Shown here in pieces: positions 37,748-47,426 of a DNA stretch of 64,000 nt (its first letter is position 1; each line of letters opens with the position of its first letter). This DNA is from Myxococcota bacterium (GTDB lineage: Bacteria; Myxococcota_A; UBA9160; UBA6930). A program made the translations under genes and the position numbers. The stretch spans positions 3,328,001-3,392,000 of the forward strand of contig OZ245015.1 of the NCBI GenBank assembly GCA_965223705.1, in the 5' to 3' direction. Below the pieces are notes generated by a model. The model searched no databases. It was given only the letters and a program-made list of their open reading frames with translations, and was not told where the DNA came from.

Positions 37748-38722
37748 TTGGAGGAGCGCGTGTCTGCGGGTTCGATCGTATTTGTTTCGTTCTTGATGGT
37801 TCTCCACGGGGCAGCCGCTGCTGCCGCCGATGATTGCCCGACTTGGTTTCCCGATCTCCGTTGCGAACGCGAAGCTCGTTGGGAGGGATTCCGCAAACCG
37901 ATTGTTGCCCCGTATCTGTTTGAGGATCCTTTCGTTACGACAGGGGCATCGCTCTACTACATCCACCACGACTTTCCGGATCGGTCGGCTTTGGGCGGGG
38001 GCGAAGCTCACGTCGCAGCCCTCCAACTGCGCTTGGCGCTTACGGAAAGGCTGGGCTTCGTCGCCACCAAGGATGGATACGTATGGCTCCGCCCCGAACT
38101 CCCGCTACTGGACGACGAAGAGGGCTGGATGAACCTCGGTGCCGGGCTCAAATACATCCTCTGGGAAGATCGAGAGCGCCCGCTGATGTTCTCGGGCATC
38201 GCCCGTGTCGAGATCGATTCCGGAAGCTCCGACGTGCTGCAGGGTCAGGGCAGCGGCGTCGGCCTCTTTTCGGTTTCGAGCGCATGGGGCCCGGGCTCCT
38301 TTAGCGTGATGGGAGATCTCGGGCTGCAGCTCGCCTTTTCCGGCAAACAGAGCAGCTCGGTCTTCTACCACCTCTACGCGGGCTACGCGCTCGCGAAGAA
38401 GATCACGCCTTTCGTGCAGGTTTCGGGTCTTCGCTGGTTCAACGACGGAGACGGATCGCTACCGGTCGACCTGAATATCGGGGTCACCCTCCCCATCGAA
38501 ACCGTCACGTCCGTGCTCGGCGTCGAGCGCTTCGAGGGAGCCGATGTCCTCAACCTCGGCTCGAACGGAGTGGACAATCTCGATCTCATCACGGTGGCGG
38601 GCGGTGTGCACTTCGCCCTGACCGATCGGTTGACGCTCAGCCTCGCGTACGAGCGACCGGTGACCGAGCCAAAGGGGATCTTCAAGCAGCGCTTTACGAG
38701 CAACCTCACCGTCGAGTTCTGA
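37748..38722 (+). CDS. Hypothetical secreted protein, probable outer-membrane beta-barrel
   Basis: Signal peptide ending AAAAAA, alternating beta-strand pattern, C-terminal Phe (NLTVEF); start uncertain. Confidence 0.65.
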   Translation: MEERVSAGSIVFVSFLMVLHGAAAAAADDCPTWFPDLRCEREARWEGFRKPIVAPYLFEDPFVTTGASLYYIHHDFPDRSALGGGEAHVAALQLRLALTERLGFVATKDGYVWLRPELPLLDDEEGWMNLGAGLKYILWEDRERPLMFSGIARVEIDSGSSDVLQGQGSGVGLFSVSSAWGPGSFSVMGDLGLQLAFSGKQSSSVFYHLYAGYALAKKITPFVQVSGLRWFNDGDGSLPVDLNIGVTLPIETVTSVLGVERFEGADVLNLGSNGVDNLDLITVAGGVHFALTDRLTLSLAYERPVTEPKGIFKQRFTSNLTVEF

Positions 38723-38749
38723 CCGCGAGCGCTTGGCGCCGGAACTTTC

Positions 38750-39910
38750 CTAACGAAGCGCGCGGAATGACTCGCGAATGTCCGCAACGAGCGCTTCGGG
38801 CTCTTCCATCGGTGCGAAATGCCCGCCCGACGGCATGGGCGTCCAGCGCTTTAGATTGTAGTACGACTCCGCCCATCGTTTCGGCAGGAGCACGACTTCG
38901 CCGGGGAAGACGGCAACGGAAGTCGGAGCTTTGACGACGGGGGTCTCGGTGTGGCTCGGTTGCCAGGGGTTGTGCACGCATTCGTAGTAGTAGCGCGCGG
39001 AGGTTCCATAGGTTTGGGTCACCCAGTAGAGGGTCATCGTGGTGCACAGGTGATCCCGTGTGAAGCGGCTGTAGACGTCACCCCCCGAGTCGCTCCACGC
39101 GCGGCGCTTTTCGAGGATCCAAGAGCAGAGGCCGGCGGGCGAGTCGTTCAAGGCGTGCGCCAAGGTCTGGGGGCGCGTCATCTGGATCGCGGAGTAGCCG
39201 CTACCGTCGACGAAGAAGCTCTGATTTCTCTCGATGAGATGCTTCTCGTCGTCGCCGTATAGACTCTCGTCCGGCAATTCCCCCAGGAAAAGGTCGAGGG
39301 GCGCCACCAGGTTCAGGTGGATTCCGATCAAGTGCTCGGCGTATTTGTGACCGAGCTGGGTGGTCACCAGCGCCCCCCAATCTCCACCCTGGGCGGCGTA
39401 ACGCTCATACCCGAGCTCGTCCCGCATCAGTTGGTCCCAGAGATCGGCGGTCCGCCAGAAGTTGATCCCCGTGCTCTCGAGTGGGCTCGAGAAGCCGTAA
39501 CCCGGAAGAGAGGGAACGATGACGTCGAACGCGTCGGCGGGATCTCCGCCAAAGGCCGCTGGATCGCTCAGAGGCCGGATCACTTGATGGAAGTCCCAGA
39601 ACGTCCACGGCCAGCCGTGGCTCAGAATCAGCGGGATGGGCGCCGGCCCCCGCCCCGGTTCGCGGATGTAGTGGATCGGTATGCCTTCGACGCGGGTACG
39701 GAAGTGCTGATACTCATTCATCGCCTGTTCTTGCCGACGCCAGTCGAAATCCCGAGCCCAATAGTCGCAAAGCTCGCGCAGTGCCGTATCGGGTGTCCCG
39801 TAGACCCAATCGCTGTTCGCAAAGTCGGGTGCCAGCCGCGCGCGGTCGAGACGAGCACGCAGGTCAGCGAGCTCTTCCTCCGCGATGTCGATGACAAATC
39901 GTTCGGACAC
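38750..39910 (-). CDS. Epoxide hydrolase (EHN/microsomal type)
   Basis: SHGWP, PSLPGYGFS, QGGDWG, ARYYYE, GGHFAPME. Confidence 0.92.
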   Translation of the reverse strand: MSERFVIDIAEEELADLRARLDRARLAPDFANSDWVYGTPDTALRELCDYWARDFDWRRQEQAMNEYQHFRTRVEGIPIHYIREPGRGPAPIPLILSHGWPWTFWDFHQVIRPLSDPAAFGGDPADAFDVIVPSLPGYGFSSPLESTGINFWRTADLWDQLMRDELGYERYAAQGGDWGALVTTQLGHKYAEHLIGIHLNLVAPLDLFLGELPDESLYGDDEKHLIERNQSFFVDGSGYSAIQMTRPQTLAHALNDSPAGLCSWILEKRRAWSDSGGDVYSRFTRDHLCTTMTLYWVTQTYGTSARYYYECVHNPWQPSHTETPVVKAPTSVAVFPGEVVLLPKRWAESYYNLKRWTPMPSGGHFAPMEEPEALVADIRESFRALR

Positions 39911-39920
39911 TTCCGGAACC

Positions 39921-41126
39921 TCAGCCGTCGGTCATAGCCGCGAGCACGAGCGTCGCCATCACCCCGATCCGCTCGAAGTGGTAGCTGTCTTCCATGAGCC
40001 CAGTGGAGAGGAAGGCCAAGGTGAGCTCCCGCTCCGGATCTACCGTAAAGCCCGTCGACCCGGCGCCGAAACCGCCGTACGTGCGGGGCGAGTTCATCAC
40101 GCTGAAGAGTCCGGGAATGTTCCCCTCCCCTCGCATGAAGAACCCGACTCCGATATTGGCGGGATAGAACAACCAGTTCCGCGTGCCGGTCCACATGTCG
40201 AAGAGGATGTTTCGACCGTCGCCCGAGTGATTGTGCGTGCAGAAGTCGATCATTCCGGGGGACAGAATCCGGTGTCCGTCGATTTCTCCGCCGCGGCGCA
40301 AGGCTTCCGCGAAGCGATGGACGTCGCGAACGGTCGTGATGCAGCCGCCGCCCGGAATTTCGCAGCCCGGCGTGGCGAGCAGCTCGCCGATCCCCTCCAC
40401 AGCTTCCGGCGGCAGCAGAGCGGGGATGTCCTTGTAAGCGACCTTCACCGGGCAAAGCCGCGACATCAGGTCTTCGCGCGCGCCGAGGCTGGTATCGGCC
40501 ATGCCGAGGGGTCGGAAGAGATCTTCGGCGATCATCTGGCCGTAGCTGCGGCCTCTTCCGTCGACGCGCAAACAGAGCGCCGCGATGATCGAATGACCGA
40601 GAAGAATGGAGTAGTTGACCCGCTCCCCGGGCTGAGACTCGAGCGGAAGTCCGCAGGCGTACTCCACCAAACTCTCGATGTTGGTCAAGACGTCGGGTGT
40701 CACCGGGGGGATCGCGGACATCACACCACTGGTGTGGGTGAGCAGGTGATAGAGATTCACCTTCTCCTTGCCCAAGGTCGCGAACTCGGGAATGAGCTCG
40801 GCAACCGGGGCGTGGAGCTTGAGCAGTCCGCGCTCCACGAGCGACAAAGCCAGAACGTTCGTGAATTGCTTCGCCACGGACATCGTCGCGAATACGGAAT
40901 CCGCTTCGAGCGGTCGCCCCGCGGCGCGATCGGCAAAGCCTTCTGTCAAGTTCAGGACGACTTCGCCCCGGCGGGCGACCATCATGTTCACGCCGTGGCA
41001 GCGGCCTTTTTCGATGTCCTCGCGGACCCGATCGCCAACGCGATCGAGGCGCGCGGGGTCGAAGCCGAGACGTCGAATCGTGTCTTCTGAAACTGCGTTT
41101 CCGGTTGCCGCGAGCGTGGCTGCCAT
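39921..41126 (-). CDS. Serine hydrolase, beta-lactamase class C/esterase family
   Basis: SVAK (SxxK), LLTHTSG, PGERVNYS, PLGMADT; RBS AGGAGG. Confidence 0.9.
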   Translation of the reverse strand: MAATLAATGNAVSEDTIRRLGFDPARLDRVGDRVREDIEKGRCHGVNMMVARRGEVVLNLTEGFADRAAGRPLEADSVFATMSVAKQFTNVLALSLVERGLLKLHAPVAELIPEFATLGKEKVNLYHLLTHTSGVMSAIPPVTPDVLTNIESLVEYACGLPLESQPGERVNYSILLGHSIIAALCLRVDGRGRSYGQMIAEDLFRPLGMADTSLGAREDLMSRLCPVKVAYKDIPALLPPEAVEGIGELLATPGCEIPGGGCITTVRDVHRFAEALRRGGEIDGHRILSPGMIDFCTHNHSGDGRNILFDMWTGTRNWLFYPANIGVGFFMRGEGNIPGLFSVMNSPRTYGGFGAGSTGFTVDPERELTLAFLSTGLMEDSYHFERIGVMATLVLAAMTDG

Positions 41127-41201
41127 GCTGTTCTCCTCCTGGGGAAAAAATATAATACTCTTGATCACAAATTCGCAGTCACGATCCGAGGAGGTCGCAG
41201 T

Positions 41202-41537
41202 ATGTCCGGCGTTGGAACCGAAAAGGTCTTCGAAAACGACAAAGTCATCGTCTGGAATTTCGAACTCGGCCCGGGTGCCGAGACGCCCCTGCACACCCAC
41301 GAGCACAGCTACATGTGGTACGCGATCTCTGGCGCACCCCTCCAAGTTTTTGACGAGAACGGCAAGGATCTGGGGACGCTCGATGTCCCCACCGGTGCCA
41401 CCTTCTCGCTAAAGCTCGACAACGGTGAACTCGAGGTTCTGTCCGAGCCCGGCAAGGGCACGCGGGTCCCGGCGCGCCACAAAGCGCGCAACGCGGGCAC
41501 GACGACGTACCGAGAGGTCTTGGTCGAGTACAAGTAG
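41202..41537 (+). CDS. Cupin-domain protein
   Basis: VFENDKVIVW, PLHTHEH, HKARNAG, EVLVEYK. Confidence 0.82.
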   Translation: MSGVGTEKVFENDKVIVWNFELGPGAETPLHTHEHSYMWYAISGAPLQVFDENGKDLGTLDVPTGATFSLKLDNGELEVLSEPGKGTRVPARHKARNAGTTTYREVLVEYK

Positions 41538-41830
41538 GTGGCGCCTGTGACGGAGCCCACCATCGAGTACTTCTACTCCGCGCACTCGGCGTTTGCCTAC
41601 CTGGGTTCGGCTCGCTTTCTCTCCCTGGTGAAGAGCCATGGGAGACGTGTCGCTCACCGCCTGATCGACCTCGACCGTGTGGTCGAAACCGTCGGCGCCG
41701 GACCGTTCCGGGCTCGCTCCGCAGCACATGTCGCGTATTTCTTTGGCCGCGAAATAGAGCGTTGGAGTTGTTCTACGCGCAGGATTGCCTGGAGATGATG
41801 GAGCGTGCGCTCGATCGGCCCTATCGCTAG
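41538..41830 (+). pseudogene. Internally deleted HCCA isomerase/DsbA-family pseudogene
   Basis: N-terminus IEYFYSAHSAFAYLG...REIERW is joined out of frame at about 41765 to the family C-terminus ELFYAQDCLEMMERALDRPYR*. Confidence 0.78.
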
Positions 41831-41845
41831 GACGCCGAGTCCCTC

Positions 41846-43258
41846 GTGAAAAACGTCGCCTCCGCAGAACCCGATCCGCTTCTCCTCCCAATTCTCGTCG
41901 GTGCCATTGCGATCGGCGTAGCGCTGCGCGCCTATGGCGTTGGCACCTGGGAGCTCCGGGGAGACGAACTCTTCACGCTGAGCTACGCCCAGACCGATCC
42001 GGGGAAGCGGGGATTCTTCTCCTTCTACTACTACGTGGTGGCGGGACTCCTTCCGCTCTTTCAAAACGAGATCCTCGCTGTCCGCCTTCCCGCCGCGGTT
42101 GCAGGTGTTTTCGGCCTTGGGGCGTTTTTCGTGTTCGCGCGTGAGGCGGTCGGTCATCGTTCGGCGATTCTGGGGACCTTGGTCCTTTCGTTCAGTCACC
42201 ATCATGTAGAGCTCTCACAGTTCGCCCGGTACTACTCCGCGGTTTTCATGTTTGCGGCACTCAACGGGTGGCTGTTTCTCGTCTTCGTACGCACGGGCTC
42301 CGTTGCGTCCTTCGTGGGAAGTGCCCTCGCCGGAATCGCTGCGACCGCGAACCACCCAGCGGCCGCGTTGGTTTTCGTCGCGACCGGGGGATACGCGTTG
42401 TTGGGTTTGATCTTCCGCGATCTCCTACCGCATGCGAGTGCGAGGAAAATCGTGTGGGTTGCCGGCGTCGTCGCGGTCCTGGGCGTCTACGTGATCTTTC
42501 CGAGCGACATCGTTTCGGCGTGGGTCGTCGACCGGCGATGGGACAACCAACCCTGGGCCATGATCCCCCTGCTGGCTTTCAACCACTACACCGTTCCTGT
42601 GTTCGTTGCAGCGGGCTTCGGCCTGTGGACGCTCCTCACCGGAGATGTTCCCAAGGTGGGTCTGCTCGCGACCCTCGCTGTGGCGAGTGGGTTGGCCGTG
42701 TTGGCAATCGCCAACCTCTTTATCAACTTCTCGTTGCTTTATCTCACCTCGATCATGCCGTGGTTCTTTCTCAGCCTGGCCTCAGTTTCAGGACACATCT
42801 ACGAGCGAGTCCGAGCCGAAAGCGTTTGCGTCGCGCTCGCAATGCCAGCTGTCTTGATCGCCGCCCAGCTTCCTTCGCTCGCCTCGCACTTTCTGGAACG
42901 GCGCAACATTTCTCCGCAAGAGGCCTTCGCACTCGTCGCAGATCAAGCAGCTCCGGGTGATGTCGTCGACGGTATGTTCCCCCAGTCGGTCGACCTCAGT
43001 CATGTCGTCAAAGCCCCTTATTTGGCGGAGCCATACGACCGAACCTTCGACTGGAAGACCCACCTCGACGCATACCTGGAACAAGACCGGACTGTCTGGT
43101 TCGTCCACGAGCTTCCGCGAACCGGATACGCGCCCGCATTCGAGGATTGGCTCGTCCGGCACGCCGAGCGCGTGTACTACCGGCGCGCGCACCGCATCGA
43201 TCGGCGTGCCGTCTCCATGGTCGTCTGGAAGCGAAGCCCTGTGCCGAAGATCCGGTGA
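41846..43258 (+). CDS. GT-C fold membrane glycosyltransferase (ArnT/PMT/GT39-like)
   Basis: LRAYGVG...RGDE loop motif, VRLPAAVAG, SQFARYY, many TM helices. Confidence 0.78.
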   Translation: MKNVASAEPDPLLLPILVGAIAIGVALRAYGVGTWELRGDELFTLSYAQTDPGKRGFFSFYYYVVAGLLPLFQNEILAVRLPAAVAGVFGLGAFFVFAREAVGHRSAILGTLVLSFSHHHVELSQFARYYSAVFMFAALNGWLFLVFVRTGSVASFVGSALAGIAATANHPAAALVFVATGGYALLGLIFRDLLPHASARKIVWVAGVVAVLGVYVIFPSDIVSAWVVDRRWDNQPWAMIPLLAFNHYTVPVFVAAGFGLWTLLTGDVPKVGLLATLAVASGLAVLAIANLFINFSLLYLTSIMPWFFLSLASVSGHIYERVRAESVCVALAMPAVLIAAQLPSLASHFLERRNISPQEAFALVADQAAPGDVVDGMFPQSVDLSHVVKAPYLAEPYDRTFDWKTHLDAYLEQDRTVWFVHELPRTGYAPAFEDWLVRHAERVYYRRAHRIDRRAVSMVVWKRSPVPKIR

Positions 43259-43323
43259 GAGTTGCGATTCCCGGTGAGCTCGCGTTCAATGGCGCGAGCA
43301 CGCGGCCATGAGGAACGCTCTCC

Positions 43324-44991
43324 ATGCGCAGAACAAGCCGTCCGGGTTCCCCGAGCGACGCTGCACCCGAAGGTTTTCCGCCGGGCCATTTCTATTCTCC
43401 GATTCCGTCGCTCGGAGAGCTTCGTCAACGGGAGGACCGCCTTTTCGGACCACCTCCGCCTGCGCTGGCTGGGATTGATCTCAGGAGACAGGCTCAACTC
43501 GACCTCCTGTCCGAACTCGCGCCGTTCTGCGAGGAGCAACCCTTTCGGGAAGGATCTTCGGCCCGGCGCTTTCGTGCGAGCAACCCGAATTTCGGTTTGG
43601 GCGAGGCCGTGCTCCTGCAGGCGGTGATTCGCCGTCTTCGCTCGCGACGCGTAGTTGAAGTGGGAGCGGGCTACACCACCTGTGCTCTTCTCGACACCAA
43701 CGAACTCTATTTCAATGGCTCTCTCGAACACACCGTCGTAGAGCCGTACCCGGAGTTGCTGGGTCGTCTGCTGCGCCCGGAAGATCAGACGAGTATCGAA
43801 CTGCTGCGAACACCGGTACAAGACGTGGATATGGCGGTGTTCGACGCGTTGGAAGCCAACGACGTGCTGTTCGTTGACTCCTCACATGTCTCGAAGGTCG
43901 GGAGCGATGTCAACCATCTCGTTTTCGAGATCCTTCCCCGACTGTCGGAAGGTGTGTGGATCCACTTCCACGATATCGCGTACCCGTTCGAGTACCCGAG
44001 AGAGTGGGTCCACGAAGGACGCGCTTGGACGGAGACCTATCTCCTTCGGGCGTTCCTTTCCTACAACAAGGCTTTCGCGATTCGTCTCTTTGCTTCCTAT
44101 CTAGCCCACATCGAGTTCGACCGATTCTCGGCGGAGCTACCCCAGGTCGCGAGGCAACCTGGAACGAGTCTCTGGCTCGAGCGCGTTGGGGAGCAACCCT
44201 CCGCGGATTCGACCGAACTCCACCTGGCCTACGAACCCGACCTGGTCCCACCGATTTCCTTGACGCGTTCCGAAGGCATCGAGGTAGCGGAAGATTGGTT
44301 TCGATGGGCAGAAGAATGGAGTGTGTTGTTGCGGGTCTACGCCGGACTCGGACGCACCAGCGACGTCCTTGAAATCGGTTGCGGCCTCGGTCGCGTAGCG
44401 TTTGCACTGCGGTATGTGCTCGATCGAGGGTCGTACTGTGGCTTCGAAATAGGCGAAGAGAAGGTTCGGTTTCTGAAGCGCCACTTCGAGCCGGCGCACC
44501 CGAATTTCCGCTTCGAATGGGCCGATGTCTTCAACGGTTTCTACAACCCGCAGGGAACCGTTGCTGCGGATTCGTACCGTTTTCCTTACGAAGGCGACCG
44601 GTTCGACGTCGTGTACGCCGCCTCGGTCTTCACGCACATGGTTCCCGCGGCTGTGGCACGGTATATCGGTGAAACGCAACGCGTACTCCGCGCAGGCGGG
44701 CACGCTCTCTTCAGTTTTTTCCTGCTGGACCACTACGATCCGAGCCGTCGGCGACCGGTGGGCTTCGATCATGAGCGGTTCCAGTTTCCGGAAACGCCCG
44801 AGTCCCAAGGTTTCGCGACCGTCGTTCCCGACACGCCCGATCAGATGACGGCCTACTGGCTCTCGACGGTGCGGGACTTCGCAACGGAAGCCGGGTTGGA
44901 GCTCGTTCGCGAACCCATCCCGGGCCTCTGGTCGGGGGCCACGTCGCGCTGGATCGGTGCGCAGGATCTCGTATTACTGAGGAAGCCGTGA
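43324..44991 (+). CDS. Two-domain SAM-dependent methyltransferase fusion
   Basis: N domain GHFYSPIP, VEVGAG, LFVDSSH, IHFHDI; C domain LEIGCGLGR, ASVFTHM. Confidence 0.82.
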   Translation: MRRTSRPGSPSDAAPEGFPPGHFYSPIPSLGELRQREDRLFGPPPPALAGIDLRRQAQLDLLSELAPFCEEQPFREGSSARRFRASNPNFGLGEAVLLQAVIRRLRSRRVVEVGAGYTTCALLDTNELYFNGSLEHTVVEPYPELLGRLLRPEDQTSIELLRTPVQDVDMAVFDALEANDVLFVDSSHVSKVGSDVNHLVFEILPRLSEGVWIHFHDIAYPFEYPREWVHEGRAWTETYLLRAFLSYNKAFAIRLFASYLAHIEFDRFSAELPQVARQPGTSLWLERVGEQPSADSTELHLAYEPDLVPPISLTRSEGIEVAEDWFRWAEEWSVLLRVYAGLGRTSDVLEIGCGLGRVAFALRYVLDRGSYCGFEIGEEKVRFLKRHFEPAHPNFRFEWADVFNGFYNPQGTVAADSYRFPYEGDRFDVVYAASVFTHMVPAAVARYIGETQRVLRAGGHALFSFFLLDHYDPSRRRPVGFDHERFQFPETPESQGFATVVPDTPDQMTAYWLSTVRDFATEAGLELVREPIPGLWSGATSRWIGAQDLVLLRKP

Positions 44992-46224
44992 TTCGTCTGA
45001 AGTTTCTTCGAGGCGATGCCGGTCGGCCATGCGACGCGAGCGCCGGTAGGCGATCGGCGCGGACAGCATGCCGCGCAGCTCTCTAGACGCGAGTCTCAAT
45101 GTCTCGCGGTCGCGATACCGCACCCCTCGCCAAATGCGGCGAAGAAGCCAGCCGCCAATCCAATCCCGCAACGCGAAGCGAGCGACGTTCCGTCGCTCGC
45201 CCGGGGAACGACGCGACACGGTCATTAGGTAGGACGCAAACGAGCGACCGTTGTCGTAGATCTGTCGGTTCAGGGAAGACAGATCCCGTCGATGCACATG
45301 GCGAACGAAGGCCATCGGCTCGTAGCGGAGCATGCGCCCTGAGGAGACAACTCGCTCGAGAAATTCGATATCACCGGCGCCGCGAGTGGGTGTACCCGCG
45401 TCTAGTGCAACATCAAAATCCCCGACTGCCTCGAACACGCTGCGGCGGAAGGCCATGTTTGTCCCAACACCCCAACTGCTCGCCCAGTACCGCTCGGACG
45501 CTGAAAGCTCCTCGCGCCGTATGGAGAACGGTCGGAACCCTTTGCCCATCCCCCCGTAGCGTTCGAAGTCGAGCTGCGCCTGCGTCTCGAGCTCGGCGGG
45601 AAGTACCAGACCGGTCACCACACTCACCTCTGGATCGCTGAATCCTCGAGCGATGCCCAGGAGCCAACCTCTCGACGCGATCGCATCGTCGTCGACGAAA
45701 GCGACGATCGGATTCTTGCTCGCTCGGATGCCACAGTTGCGCGCCCAGTCGAGCCCTTGACGCGTTTCGCGTATATGGGGCAATCCCGCAGCGGCGATCG
45801 TCTGAGCGACCGCTGGTTCTTTCGATCCGTTGTCGACGACGACGACCTCGTAGTCCGGATAGTCCAGCCCGGCGAGGGCATCGAGACACCGTTTCAGCGA
45901 GAGAGGCCGATCGCGCGTACAGACGACAACGCTGATCCCGGGCTTGTCGGAGATCGCCGGTTCGAGTGTGCCAGCGGTACTCCGTTCGAGCAGCTCCCAA
46001 CCGAGGTAGTCCGCTGCTGATTGGCGGAGAGCTCGGGGGGAGATCTGTCGGTTGGGTGGTGCTTCGAGGCTCACGTTGCCCAGCGGAAGCGGGCCCCAAG
46101 TAAAGGTGGCGAGCAGCTGGTCATACCGCCAGTCGATGAAGAGCCGCTCGAGCGGGCGAGACAGGTCGATCGTGGCGACGCGGGTCAGCAACGGTCGACC
46201 TCGGGGCGCTGACCCTTTGCCCAA
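44974..46224 (-). CDS. GT2 glycosyltransferase
   Basis: SVVVCTRDRP, VVDN, GLDWARN, FVDDD, GTNMAFRR; start uncertain. Confidence 0.9.
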   Translation of the reverse strand: MGKGSAPRGRPLLTRVATIDLSRPLERLFIDWRYDQLLATFTWGPLPLGNVSLEAPPNRQISPRALRQSAADYLGWELLERSTAGTLEPAISDKPGISVVVCTRDRPLSLKRCLDALAGLDYPDYEVVVVDNGSKEPAVAQTIAAAGLPHIRETRQGLDWARNCGIRASKNPIVAFVDDDAIASRGWLLGIARGFSDPEVSVVTGLVLPAELETQAQLDFERYGGMGKGFRPFSIRREELSASERYWASSWGVGTNMAFRRSVFEAVGDFDVALDAGTPTRGAGDIEFLERVVSSGRMLRYEPMAFVRHVHRRDLSSLNRQIYDNGRSFASYLMTVSRRSPGERRNVARFALRDWIGGWLLRRIWRGVRYRDRETLRLASRELRGMLSAPIAYRRSRRMADRHRLEETSDESRLPQ

Positions 46225-47426
46225 GCGAGGGCAAGCCCTGGAACAAATCGGTTGCGCGCGGCGTCACGCAGAGCGCCCCGCAAGTGGGCCTCGCCGATCG
46301 GCTCAACGCCGGGCTCCGGCCCGAGCACCAAGCATTCTACGTCGTCCACGCGAATGCGGAGCCCATTCCGGGTGCCACTCGAAAGGAGCGGACCGAGCAG
46401 GTCCGGAGGCGGCAGGTCCAAGAGGTCGATCTCCACGACATCGCATCCAAGGGGGCGCGGCAGCGGTCCATCCTGAACCCATGAGGCGAATCCCCTGCCG
46501 CCAAGTGCCTCGGACACGCCGCTCCAGTAGTGATATTCGCGAAGCCAGGCGATGGCCTCACGCCAGCGGCTTCGAAGACGGAGGGACTCACAACAAAACG
46601 ACCAGCGGAGCCACGCCGACTTGAGCGCCCTTCCCAGTTTCGCGTCCGACATCGCGAGGCGTCGCGCGGAACGGACGAACCTCGGTCCGTGCGCGTCGAT
46701 GCTTCCAAAAAAGTGTCCACGGAACTCTGGGTACTCCTCCGCGAGCTGCACCTCGGCATGCCCTTCCGCGCGCAGTCTGCCCAGCCATTCGGGCAAATCG
46801 ACCGACTCGTGATGCCATGCCAGCGCGTTTGGTTCGTGCCGGATCTTCGTCCCCCGCCCGATCAACCGAAGTCCGAGTTCGTAGTCTTCGATCCTCCGGT
46901 AGCGGGCGTCGAACCCCCCGACATCGAAAAATACATCGCGTTTGATCGCGAGGTTTCCGCTAAAGACGTCCCGGTAGTTGAAGCGGTGTCCGGGCCGACG
47001 CATCTCTCGGTAACGGTCCTCCCACCACATCCGAGCATCGAGCTGCCACCAACTGGGGTTTTCGGGAAGGACGGCGCTCGAGTACCCGACGACCACCGAG
47101 CTGCTCCGCAATGCGTCACGGTGCGCCGCAAGCCATTCGGGAGAAGGCTCGACATCGTCGTCGAGGAACACGAGGTGTTCACCGAGGGCGTGCTCGGCGC
47201 CGACATTCCGGCTGCGCGCAGCACTCCTCGCGTCGTGAGAGGTCAACCTCAACGGAAACGAAACGTCGTCGAGCGCCGAGACCCAGTCAGCGGTGCCGTC
47301 CGTGCAGGTATCAGCCACCACCACGACTTCGAACTCGGAGGGATGGAGCGTCTGTTTTGCGAGGGCGTCAAGAGTTCTGCGCAGCGACTCCGATCGATTG
47401 TGAGTCGGTATCACGACGCTCAACAT
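46185..47426 (-). CDS. GT2 glycosyltransferase
   Basis: MLSVVIPTHNR, FLDDD, GNLAI, GGFD, EDYELG. Confidence 0.9.
   Translation of the reverse strand: MLSVVIPTHNRSESLRRTLDALAKQTLHPSEFEVVVVADTCTDGTADWVSALDDVSFPLRLTSHDARSAARSRNVGAEHALGEHLVFLDDDVEPSPEWLAAHRDALRSSSVVVGYSSAVLPENPSWWQLDARMWWEDRYREMRRPGHRFNYRDVFSGNLAIKRDVFFDVGGFDARYRRIEDYELGLRLIGRGTKIRHEPNALAWHHESVDLPEWLGRLRAEGHAEVQLAEEYPEFRGHFFGSIDAHGPRFVRSARRLAMSDAKLGRALKSAWLRWSFCCESLRLRSRWREAIAWLREYHYWSGVSEALGGRGFASWVQDGPLPRPLGCDVVEIDLLDLPPPDLLGPLLSSGTRNGLRIRVDDVECLVLGPEPGVEPIGEAHLRGALRDAARNRFVPGLALAWAKGQRPEVDRC

Noticed and set aside
39885..41090. 401-aa plus-strand ORF
   Set aside because: Antisense to the serine hydrolase; no motifs.
41151..41175. 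FNR/CRP-like site near TTGATCACAA
   Set aside because: Only a half-site; the AT-rich tract with TATAAT is more simply a sigma70 promoter region.
41796..41798. TGA ending the 86-aa DsbA-like ORF as a third possible Sec codon
   Set aside because: Homology continues in a different frame before the TGA, there is no redox motif, and no in-frame continuation of the domain.
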